The notes below the pieces were generated by a model. That model had not been told where the DNA came from. It saw nothing but the letters and a program-made list of their open reading frames with translations, and did no database searches. A stretch of DNA of 64,000 bases, taken from the NCBI GenBank assembly GCA_963693365.1, contig CAVNZM010000004.1:8767968-8831967 (forward strand), given 5' to 3'. This DNA is from Amoebidium appalachense (lineage: Eukaryota > Protista > Ichthyosporea). This document shows positions 52,037-64,000 of the stretch, piece after piece; position 1 is the stretch's first letter, and each line of letters begins with the position of its first letter. Both the position numbers and the translations under genes were made by a program.

Positions 52037-53159
52037 GTTTGCAGCGGCTTTGAAATTTCACCTCTCTGCGAATGGCGTGCGGCCCCAGCCCCCTGTTCGT
52101 GTAAAGGTTTTTAAAAAGGAGTGTGGACTATTTTCCTTCGAGTGGCATGTTTTTCTCCCGGCCAGCCGTGTATACTTTCGTCGGGCATGTGGTTCCGGAT
52201 TGTAGTTCAATGGACATGTTTTTTGTGATTTAGGTTTGTGGCCTCAAGTAGACGGTGACGTTTGGGTGTAGTGTAGCTTGGCGTAGCCTAGACTCTGGTG
52301 AAGTCGTGGATGCGAATCGCAGGCAACGGTTGCAAAAGTCTTTTAAAGATTTTACTATGGTTAGTGAGGAGGGTTTGACTTGATTATGAGATTTAAATGC
52401 GACATACGACCCCCCACCCGCACTCCCTCTCACCCTCCAACGACCACCCAAATACTCACAACACACAGACACACACACGTGCGAGCGCACACACACACAC
52501 ACACACACACACAGACAACGACACCCGAAACTATGCATTCATGATTGCTCGCAAAGTTAATATATTAAGATGTAACATGTACACACAAAGGTATATATGT
52601 GAAAATAACCTTGTATGGGGGTAAGTATGATAGGGAAAACTCTTAAGACGGGCATGCGTTAAAGCAGGCGCAACGGGCCATATACCCGAAACGCATGAAA
52701 AGTGCACGCACACGGGTGCGCTTTAATGAGGTTGGTGCTATATATAGTGATGTAGCGTAGAAGTGAGAATGAAGTTTCCCAATGATAATAGCTCTTCATC
52801 TGTTCTGAGTGAAGTGGGGCAACTGCAATTGCAATCTGAAGGTTGCCATGCAAACAAGCGTTATGTGAATTCGTACGGTGTCGGGATACCCCCCCCCCCC
52901 CCCCCCCCCCCCCCATCCCCCGGCGGCCACCGCAGTTAGCGATAGAGCCGCGGAAGCACACACGCACATGAATACACACACTGTGGACACACGACTCGGA
53001 ACGAGGTGCCACCTTCCACCTATATGCATACAGTTACCCTCAGCCCCCACCCCCCACCTCCGGACCCAATCCCGGGCTCATGATCAGCTAGATAGCCCAC
53101 CATCACGATAAGGGCCAAGTGATCACCATCTCACGCGTTAAATGGTGGCACACATTACG

Positions 53160-53196
<37 letters not shown>

Positions 53197-54111
53197 TTTA
53201 CTCCCTGCCTGATCATGAATCAGGTGTTTCTGTAGGGTTAAATATGCCCTCCATGACACCGCCATTCCAGTATCCGGTTAGGACTTAATATGGCATTGCA
53301 GTCTAACTTTGCCAATTCGACTCACGTACGTGCGCAACTGCTATAAACTACATGTACCGGCCCCTCGCACTTTTAGACTGTTACAAATTGAATTTATTCG
53401 GACTGTTTGTGAAGTGCCACCGCTATACTCGCTATGCAGTCACATATCTCCACAAGGGGATGTGAATCATGTGACGAGAATATCCCGAGTCCTTGAGAGA
53501 GATGATGTAAAAGAAGCCTTGGCAACTTTATACTTAAATCGTTTAATGAGCCAATTATAACAACCAGACCTGCTGGTGTGCGAAAACACAGCAAAATAAC
53601 AGGTAGTGACATTAATATTGTTATTTTCTTCATTTTGGGCGAGCCAACAGGAAAAGGTCCTCAACTATGCATGCAAACATCATGAAGCACCGGATAATCC
53701 TTATGGCAACACACTCAGATCCGCTTCCTTCTTAAAGCTAGAGATTCTAAAAATTATTACAGACATCAGCTGCATGTACTCACGGTGTTTCTTCCTAATC
53801 GGCGTTTTTTTGTCAACTTCTTAGCTCCGTCATACAATAACAAGTCGCGCCACCGTGATCTGATCGTGTGTGTATGTGTGTGTGTGTGTGTGTCATGCGC
53901 GTTTGCGGGCACGCGTCGTACATGTGGGGTGCCAATGCTAGCATTTACGTATACTGTACCACGTGCACACTGTTACCCACATACATGCCCTTGTAACTGC
54001 AACACACCTTGGTCTAATGACACATAACATACTAAGCTCACAGCACGAAACCCTGGAGGTGCAGAAAGGTTGGCACTAAAATGTTTACAAACCCCACCCG
54101 AAGGGGGGGGT

Positions 54112-54145
<34 letters not shown>

Positions 54146-54157
54146 GGGGGTGGATTA

Positions 54158-55314
54158 TTAAGCATCAGACTTTCGCCGGCTATGTGACATAGACAACACC
54201 TGGTCCCAAAGCTTTGTGTTCCTTCTGATTACAGGCCTTAGCTCTGGTGCGCAAAATTCCTCCAACCTCTGTGGTTGGGGGGTCTCAATAAGACTTTTCG
54301 AGCTTCCCCTTTGCCCCAACGGCCTACCGCTTCCTAGCGAAGAACTCGAAATTCCACCCAAGCTCAAATTTGAGTCCCCCTGAATGGGATTTCTTGTACC
54401 GCGGGATTTACGGGATTGGTGGGGTTCTAAACTACGCGAAAATTGGAAAGACCATGGTTCGTCCGGAGTACTTTCGGCGGAGGAAGAGGTAAGGCTAATG
54501 TTACCCCCCGAGGATGGAGAGTCCCCGTTGAAGCTTGGCTGATTGTGGTGTGCATAGTCTGAGATTCTTTTTGACGCACGGGTTTTCATTTGCTGTCGGG
54601 GGAGAAAGGAAGAGGGTCAGCTCATGAGTGGGGTGGTGGGATGCAAAGGGGGAGAGAGGGAGGGGGGGGGGGGGGGGGGGGGGGGGATGGTCCGACGGGA
54701 CACATTTTTTTGGTTCTTGCCGCACTTGTGCAAGTGTGCATTACACATCGGAACGGTTTTTTACTGCGGCAACAAGAAAAACAGTAGATATTTTTTCCCG
54801 TCATGATGCCACTGTGAGAGCTTGTGAACCATGCATGCCTACACCAAACATGCCAAACACACAGGCAGACGCACACGCACACGCATACACAAGCGCGCGC
54901 ACACCACACACACACACACACACACACACACGGCGCGCGCGCGCGCAAAAAAAAAAAAAAAAAGAAAAAAAGAAGAAAAGGGGGTTGGTTGTAAAAAAAT
55001 AAAGCACACACCTTGAATCCAACCAGGCACGAAGTACTCAGGGTGCGGGTAACGCCCAACCCCGAACTCGACACGTCGTGTCCCGACGATCTTTTCTTGT
55101 TCAGGTGCATTTTAGAATGCTGAGTTTCGTGCTGGTAAAATATGGCGGCAAAATGGCCCAGCTCCACCGTGTCTACTAGCCCATCCTCGTTTGTGGTCAC
55201 CTCGATAAAGGCACTTGCTGGTACGGTGTCGAGACTTTGACCCCTCTTCATTTTCGTCGGGCCCTGCTAGGTGGCGGTAGTGTTAGAAGGCCTGTTGCCG
55301 GTTCTTCGCATCTT

Positions 55315-55345
<31 letters not shown>

Positions 55346-55853
55346 AAACTGGCCTATTTCTTTTTCATTTCAATTCTTTCAAATTGAAAGGATCATACCT
55401 CTTATTCCTCTTACATTCTTTCTTTTCTTTTCTTTTCTTTTTTTTTTCCCTTTCCTTTTCTTTTCTTTTTTATTTTATTTATTTATTTATTTATTTTGGG
55501 GGGGGGAGGGGGATAGACGTGTGCGGATGTGCGTGCATCCAGTTTCAAGACGGTTGTTGGCGTAGTTACAACCGTGATCGATCACACATTCAATTGGAGC
55601 CACAGTGCTACAAGTTGTTATTTTGCAAATGCATGTGCACCGTACATGTGAGTGCACGTGTGAAGCATGTGTTTGTGTCATGAACAGGGTAATATGTATT
55701 GTCACCACGCTCTTGACCTCCGTGGTAACCGTTGTGGTACGCGGCTACAGTGTGTGTGGTAGAGTGAGTGTGAGTGTGGTGTAACATGTAGGAGTGTGAG
55801 TGTGAGTGAGTGTGAGTGTGAGTGTGAATGTGTGTGTGTGCGCGCGCGCGCGC

Positions 55854-55897
<44 letters not shown>

Positions 55898-56444
55898 TGT
55901 GTGTGTGTGTACATATGTGACTTGCTCATGTGACTGCGTGTGTGTGTGTGTGTGTGCGTGCGTGCGTGCATGTGTGTGTGTGTGTGAGCCCGCACATGGG
56001 TGTATGTGTACGTGCGTGTTTGCGTGTGTGCACGCGCTCAATGTTGTTGCCTGCACTCACGTGTATATGGTGAATGGAAGTCACGGAAAACAACAGGCCG
56101 GTACACACCTTTGGAGGCCTGTAGCTTTTTGTGACGGACAACTCGTAAAGCCCGCCTTTGCAATCATCCGCCCCGTGCATGTTATCGTGTTCGTGTTGTG
56201 TGTTTTTGGTCGAGGCCCCTGTCATGAGCGACAGCGTCCTTCTAATTATAAGTCCGCCCTTTGCTTGTGTTGAACCACACCTAGGAGGTTTGCTTTGCTT
56301 TTCTCTACTACCGTGTGAGCTCTTTGTGGCGCGCTGGTTGCAAAAATCCAACACATCATGATAATTCACCAAGCCACTTGTGGATGCGTGTGAGTTTCGT
56401 CCCCTTGATGAGGCCTGTGGGATATCAAGTCCTGGTGCAGGCAT
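54158..56444 (-). CDS. Hypothetical Ser-rich protein; exons 56109-56444, ~55706-55744, 55012-55263/55266, 54158-54592
   Basis: Non-repetitive open frames are joined by phase-0 GT-AG introns filled with microsatellite. A CTAAC branch point precedes the exon 3 acceptor. No recognisable domain; the small exon 2 is tentative. Confidence 0.65.
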
Positions 56445-57357
56445 TTTTATGCTCTATGTAAGACAAAAAAAAAAACCAATAATAGGGAAGGTGTGGCAAA
56501 GAGAGACGACGATTACTTTTATTACAAATAAAGCAGCCACGAAGGCATTTTCAGGAAACGTGGCGTTCGATTGTTGGAGTGTGTTGTGGTGACATGTCAC
56601 ATGTGTGATTACAAGTACATAGCCATGATAGCTGTGGCCCACGGCCCACGGACTACGTACTGTACACAGTCAACACAGATCTAATTGCTTGCAACCAATC
56701 GGATGCGCATACTGTTAGATTGGAATCATTGGATAACCTGTGGTATGATAGGAATGTTCGATACTCGCACGCCAAGTTCTTCCTAGACTATGATAATTAT
56801 GGGGTTGCAATGCTGAAAATCTTTTTTTCTTTTGACTGGATTTATTCGACGGAAAGATATGCGAGTTTGCACGGCATACTGAGAAGACAAAAGAAAACTT
56901 CACGAGTTATCCAGTAACAAGTGCATACTGAGATACCTGAACACTGTGTGAAAATCATATAAATACTCAATGTGACGACCAACAGAATTCAACAAAAAGT
57001 CTAAAGTGGTCACATTGCCAGCCAGTGTAGCAGTCACCCGTAGGGAAAGGGGTAAAACGCGACATAAAAACTCACACATATCAACATGCTTGCGATTAAA
57101 AAGTTCAGCACAAAAGTGGCACCAGAAAAAAACTTTCCGGAATAGCCAAGGCATTCGATCCTTGACTACCCCGGTTGGAGTTAGCTTAGAGGGCCATTGC
57201 CATAGTTCTGCACTGGTACCCAGGCGAGTCCCATCAGGGCATCCGATCCCCAAGGCGCTACATCCCAGGATTCGAACCAGGTGCCTCCTGCGTCTAACAC
57301 GTACTGACATGTTGCCGCACGTGCGACGTTATACATCTACTTCAGGCGGCCCTTTTA

Positions 57358-57409
<52 letters not shown>

Positions 57410-58502
57410 AAGGAGACACCGCCTCAGTAGGTGGTAGCTCCTGCGTCGGAGGCGAGGAGCTGAAAATCGACGCCGTTGCAAATGGACTTAATCATTTCGA
57501 ACTCGACGGCTCGAAGCACAGTAACTCAGGGAGGAGCAATGGTGGAAAGTAAAAACTTTGTGTTCACGTTTTTAGCCTACTTAGTTTTAAATTTTTATCA
57601 AGTATCTAACTTTAAATGCTAACTAATACTAATCAACTGAAACCGGTTACCAAAACTGACATTTGTCGGCTCCTGTGCTTTTAGCCTGAGCAAATTTAAA
57701 CCCCACTAATCTTGTGGTTCTGATGCAGATAGATCGTTATTTCATTTATTGGCATGTACCCAGAGAGGCTATTCAGTGGCCAGAGGGCTCAGAGCTGTCC
57801 CTTTTCAAACTTCGCATTGCACTCTCATTATGTTGAGATATTAAAAAAAAATTCTATGTAATTGACTAACCTTGCATTACGAATTATCACTAGCTATTCC
57901 ATTTGTTGAATGTTTCGATCAAAATATCGGATTCGGACTATTCAAGTGATCATGAGCCTTTATCTATCCTGGTATGTATGCTGGTATGCAGTCTTGACTG
58001 TCTGAGGCCGCTCACAGCTTGGAGCCTAAAGCCACGCATATATCGTATATTGTTTATATTCCTTTTCCCCTTCGTTTTCTTTTCCATCTTGAATGAATGA
58101 CGTTGACTCGCGCCGTCCAGATTGAGCGGGGCAGAGTGGCTAAGGCTGGCTAAGAGTAGAGGTATGTCGCTGATTGGCCATTGCCAACCTTTATTTATCC
58201 AATAGAATTATTCTAATATATTCATATCATCTGCATTCCACAATCCACACGCGTGCTGGAGCGTGACACGACGACCAGACGACAAGATCGACTGATCGAC
58301 TCGGACAGAGTCGGACGTCGACTGTCCCGTTTGACTGTGCTGTCTACAGTTGTCTATGCTACTTTCTCAGTAGTAGGTAGGTAGGTAGCTACAGTCTATG
58401 CTACTTGTGTCTGAGGTAGCTCTTATTTTTCAAGGGCAAAGCCACGGCCGGGGGACGCGTACGCCTCGGAGAGCGGCTGATCACGTGACTCACCTGCCCT
58501 TC

Positions 58503-58608
58503 GTCGATTTATTCGTACATAGGCTATAGAGGGCACATGTCAGTACGTGCCAGCCAGCGTCGATTTATTCGTACATATAGGCTAGAGGGCACAGTCAGTA
58601 CGTGCCAG
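58503..58608. repeat. Tandem duplication of ~50 bp
   Basis: cgtcgatttattcgtacata..ggcta..gagggcaca..gtcagtacgtgccag occurs twice. Confidence 0.85.
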
Positions 58609-59125
58609 GTGCTGTCTACACACGGTAGCAGGTGACTCGTCCAAAAAAACCAACAAACAAACAAAACGCCGGCTGCAACAACATCAACGATGCGATCATG
58701 CGAGTACTAAAAGCTGCCTCAAAGGTGACACAAGCTTAAGTGTGGCTAATAATAACAGTGCACATGCATGACCTCGTTGCAGTGTCCGGGTTCGTGTCGA
58801 CTTAACAGACACGTAGGGTCTTACACAGCCTGGCAGGGCTTCCCCCCATGGTCACCCTGCAAACATTTCCCGCGCGCACACGACCGTCCTGAGCACGACC
58901 TCTGGAATTTCAACTTCATCCTATGTACATGTCCTACTGCAAGTGTTACACTGTGTACGGTACACGCGAGGCTCAGCGCGCTCTTCAAAGTTTGCAATTC
59001 TATGCCTAGGGCGCCCCTATTATTAAATGATTTAAAGGGCTACTAGCACCACAACTAACATTAGTAAACCGCGTGCCGATGACATAAAATCACGTGCACA
59101 TTTTCACACACACACACACATAAAC

Positions 59126-59247
<122 letters not shown>

Positions 59248-60176
59248 CACATACACGCACACGCACACACGTGTACACATGCACATCATACACATGCACG
59301 CACTCACACACGTGTACACACACACACACACATGAACACTTCGCAGAACTTCCCACACCTGCTGCACAGTTTTTTTTGCCCAGCTCAATATAGCGTGTAC
59401 ATGCACGCACACACCTGCCAGACACCGTTGTTGACAGGTACTCCGAAGTGTATTCAACTTGCTGGCACATACAGACATTTACACTCACACACACACACAC
59501 ACATCTAAACTGCCGCAATCTTACACACACTAATACTAATGCTTATCCGGGGAAATAGGGACACTCATACACTCACACACTGTGACACAGTGTCACAGGC
59601 TCGCGATTACATGCCGCAAGCCGCGAACGGGGACATGCTGTGACTTCAGTGCACGGCGGCGCACGAAAACAAGTATGCAGGCATATTACACCCGGTCCGT
59701 GACACACCTATAAACCCACACCCACACGTACACACGTACACACACACACACACAGACAGACCGTGGCAGACACCACTAAGTAACTTCAAAACGTGACATA
59801 TGATTGCAACATTTCACACACAAACTTCACAAAGAAAAGTTTTTGTCCCTGAGGTATTCTCTCATAGCCCATGCCCCCCCCCCCCCCCCCCCCCCCCCCC
59901 CGGGAAAAAAAAAATCCTTCTCCATTGCAACCCCAACCCCCAACCCACTTCCTCTACCCCCGTGTCACTCCCCATCCCCCACTCCCCACCCCCCCCCCCC
60001 CCCCCCCCCACCCCCCCCCCCCCCCTGTGCACACACCAGCATTCATCGCATACAACACACATTCAAGCACACACACGCACACACATGTGCAAGTATCGCA
60101 ATTTTTTTCTATGTGGCACATCAACCGCGCCAAGCTGCTTGCAGCGTAGTCTTTATTCTTTCCTTTCCTTCTTTTT

Positions 60177-60289
<113 letters not shown>

Positions 60290-62479
60290 CCCTTCCTCTC
60301 CCTCTCTCCTTCCCTTCCTCTCCCTCTCCCTCTCCCTCTCTCCCTCTCTCTCTCTCACTCACTCACTCTCACGCTCTCTCTCTATCTCTCGTCTCTCCGT
60401 CTCGTTACCCCTCTCCCTCTCCCCCCCCCCACCCCCCCACCCCCGGGCCCCCTCTTCCTCTCCCCCCGGGCCCCCCCCTTTCTCTCTCCCTATCTCCCCC
60501 CTCCCCCCCATTGCGAAGCTTCCCTCCCGCTCTCCCCCTTGACCTCGCCTTGTCCCTCCCCCCTCCCCCCCCTTGTCCCCCCCCCCCTCTCTCCCCCCCC
60601 CCCCCCCCCACCACCACCACCACCACCCCCACCACCACCACCCAACCCCACCCCCATGCCTCCTCCTCTCCGAACTCCCGGTGCCATCTCGTTCAAGCCC
60701 TTAGGCAATGTTGCATGATGTAGACGGCCAAATTGAATCTCTCTCTCTCTCAGCTCTCTATGTATACACACTCTCCCTTCCCCACTTCTTCCCTGCACAT
60801 GCCCTGCTCCCAGTGATTTTTCCAGCATCGTCTAATATGAGCAGGTGGATCAATATCTCCGCTAAGCTGCCACAGGCGTTGATATTGTTGGCGTCGACAA
60901 AAACATCTTATTCTTTACCTGTGACTATGTAGTAGTACATATTACTTAATTAATTAATGTATGACACGTTCATGCTGCAGCTCGGCAGCTCACACACACA
61001 CGCACACACACGCACGCGCGCGCGCACTGGCACACACACACACACACACATCCCCCCCCCCCCCACACACACACACACATACACACAACACACACAAGCG
61101 TGCATACTGTCGTATCCTAATGTATGTGTACTAGAGACGCGGCACTCTAGTAAGTGTACACACACGAAAAGGAACGAACGTGTACAGAAAAACGGTAAAG
61201 TTTATTCAGACCAGGCTCCGACGGGCAAACTTAGATCCGTACGGAATCACACTAAGTTACCACTGAGGCCATCAAGGCCGTGCCCTACAAGATCATCATC
61301 ACCTGGCCCCCTACGATGCCACATTCCGTACATTCCGATCTAACTTTATAGTGCGCCTGCACGAGCTAAGTCGATCGGCTCACACTAATATATTTATCTA
61401 AGTCTCACCCCTCTCCCTTCCCCTAGTGGCACCGCAGAGTCTAATTCTACATTTCATACTATCTCCCTCCCCCCTCCCTCCCCCCTTTCCTCTGTCATCG
61501 AAATATATAAATACGTTTGGCAGCATACACTATCAAAACTTGCCAATATTTACAAAGGGCTTCTGCCCGAACAATCACATTCCTAAGTCCTCCTACGATC
61601 TATCCTACACACTAATTAGAATTCTATTGGTCGGCTGTCCCAGCTGACGTGGTCCTGCCCTGCGCCGGCAGAGGCAAGATGATGCACGCAGCTGCACAGC
61701 TATCTTGAGGCCCCGGACTTGATCTTGATGATCTGTGGACCCGGGCCACCCCCCCCCCCCCCCCCCCCCCCCCCCCCGATCTCGATCGTAGACTTAGGCT
61801 AATCTGCTGAGACGGATTAGTATATGTCAACTCCCCCCCCGGCCCCCGGAAAAGCTGAGTCCCACCTCAGTCACATTACCTCTAACACCCCCTAAAAAGA
61901 CATAGACTAATCAGTCTCCTAAAAAAATTAAATTAAATAAATTACGAAGAAAAATAATAAATTAATCTACACCATAAGCTTGATACCTACGGAGACACCT
62001 ATGATAATAAATTAAATTCCTACGACTACGTTCACACTCCCCCTCGGTCTCCCCCCCCCCCCCCCCCCCCCCCCGTGTGTCTACGTGTATTTGCATCACT
62101 CCCCCCCCCGGCCCCCTCCCCCACCGACTTTTTCACACCACGATTAAACTGAGGAATAACTCTCTTCGGCCTAGAGGGAGCACTAGGCAACTCCCTCTGC
62201 ACTAATCTAGCCTCATAAGCACGAATAGAAAACGGGCAATCCAAATGAAACTCAGGCAACATGATATGTACACAATATCTACGTGATCACTATGATATGT
62301 ACAGTATATTCGTAATAGTAAACATGTACGGCGTGTACAGATGTTTACAAGGGACCAACCAGATCGGCAGTGTCAACTTATTCTGCCAAAAGCAGAATTA
62401 GCAATGCCCCGTGTGAGTAATTGGCGGGTTTCCAAACGATTGCTCAGCTGGCTTGATCACAAAACATTTTTTTGCGCGT

Positions 62480-64000
62480 ATATCGCAACCATTCTCATCG
62501 GACATCTAATAGACATATAAAGGATTTTTCGATTGTTCTTCTGATATCTTTCTAATATCCACAATGCTGCCGTTTAGATATCACATTGATGTACTTACAA
62601 AAGACACTGACCTTCTACTGCACGGATGTTCTTCTGATATCTTTCTAATATCCACAATACTGCCGCTTAGATATCACTGGGATGGCAAGCTTATGTATCA
62701 TATACTTATGAATTCGATATATAAATATATCCCTATGCGGATATCGCAATGATAATCTAAGGGCCTCTAAAAGATATGTAGATGATACCTCGTGGACTAC
62801 TGCTCTGGACAGATTAGGATATTCACTTAATGATAGGTTACAGCATATCACATTGATGTACATAGCGACATCTTACCGATATCAATCACACAACACACTA
62901 GTCTTTATTTAGATATATCAGGTACATATCCTTACGACATGTACAAAGATATGAATTAGATATCGTAGCTTGGGCCTGCAAAGAGGCAGTTGTGATATGT
63001 TTGAGATGTAGGACCAAAAACAGATAACATATTGAATATAAAAGGGATATCAAAAAGAATATCAAAAGGATACCCACAATGCTGCCGTTTTAGACAGAGC
63101 GGGATATTCAAATGATAAGTTACAGCATATCACATTGATGTACATAGGGGCATCTTACACATACCAATCACATATATCACAAGTCTTTATTTAGATATAT
63201 TTGGTACATATCCTTACGACCTGTACAATGATATGAATTAGATATCATATCTTGGGCCTGTGGACAAAGGGATATCCGAAAGGATATCAAAAGGATGTCT
63301 TCAACATGCCTACTGGTTGTGTACAAGGGTATCTTCTGTATTACCCCCATGGGCACATAACGATATCAAACAAATGGTTGTAGGTACATCACAACGATGT
63401 CCAGATGATATCAAAACAACATCTGTATTATATTCAATTTATAAGCATACATGTTATCCATCAGATATCACGTGGATATCAATTTGTATTGTCCCACGAC
63501 ATCAGGTAGATATCGTCATGTAATGCGTATTGGATGGGATTAAGATATTCTATAATGAGGGATATCTGTAGGCTATAACAAAGACATCTAACAGATATCG
63601 TTTGGGGCACCAATATCCTAAACGTATGTGAAACATATCCAAAAGAGCTATTATGACCTTGCTAACATACATATCACTAGGATAGCATATGGATATCATA
63701 ATGCTATGAGGAAATTTTGAGATTTTCGGTCAAAAACCAAAACCATCGTGGTTTTCTATGATATCGTAAGGATATCGTAAGGATATCAGTAAAGGATGGG
63801 TTTCAGATATGTGCCATACCATAACCAATCCGAACCCTATCAAAGATATCATTGATAGGGATCTGATGGGTTCTATCCGGGAATGTTATGATATCTTGTC
63901 AGGCTCTTTTTGACGTATTTAGGGTGGGGTTTGGTATGCCATATATCAAAATGATATATAAGATGGGTTTCGGATGCCGGATGAAGTTTGCTGATGCACT
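62480..64000. repeat. GATATC/GATAT-rich repetitive element with internal duplications (possibly a non-autonomous DNA transposon or satellite)
   Basis: Dense GATATC motifs; 62536-62583 is similar to 62629-62677 and 62818-62979 is similar to 63102-63260. No meaningful ORF. Confidence 0.7.

Noticed and set aside
53300-53830. Short ORFs between the CBM48 gene and the orphan gene
   Set aside because: No recognisable domain and not joinable by convincing splice sites.

Overview
Eukaryotic genomic window, probably from a unicellular opisthokont or holozoan (inferred from the protein sequences and a LIS1 first-intron position shared with animals). Introns are packed with (CA/GT)n, (GA/CT)n and poly(G/C) tracts, so most ORFs in the supplied track are microsatellite artefacts. 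Manual splicing gives eight genes: the 5' part of LIS1 (-); an intronless RINGv plus FEZ/SCHIP1-like coiled-coil protein (-); a frameshifted F-box/LRR gene (+); IST1 (+); a conserved sideroflexin-like mitochondrial membrane protein (-); cardiolipin synthase (+); a low-complexity protein with a C-terminal AMPK-beta-type CBM48 (+); and an orphan gene (-). The main find is a family of about 18 dispersed non-coding elements in at least three diverged subfamilies. Well-preserved copies end at a fixed 3' terminus (...GCATTCAA, or CATCAA in one subfamily) fused to a poly(C) tract and are variably truncated at the 5' end. The longer copies carry a ~155-nt pseudoknotted RNA domain supported by compensatory changes. 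Every intronic copy found lies in the same orientation as its host gene. Other features are a hAT-type MITE with an 8-bp target-site duplication (TSD), 3' splice sites built directly on (CA)n or poly(A) tracts, and several minisatellites. All alignments and structures were done by eye; no database searches were run.
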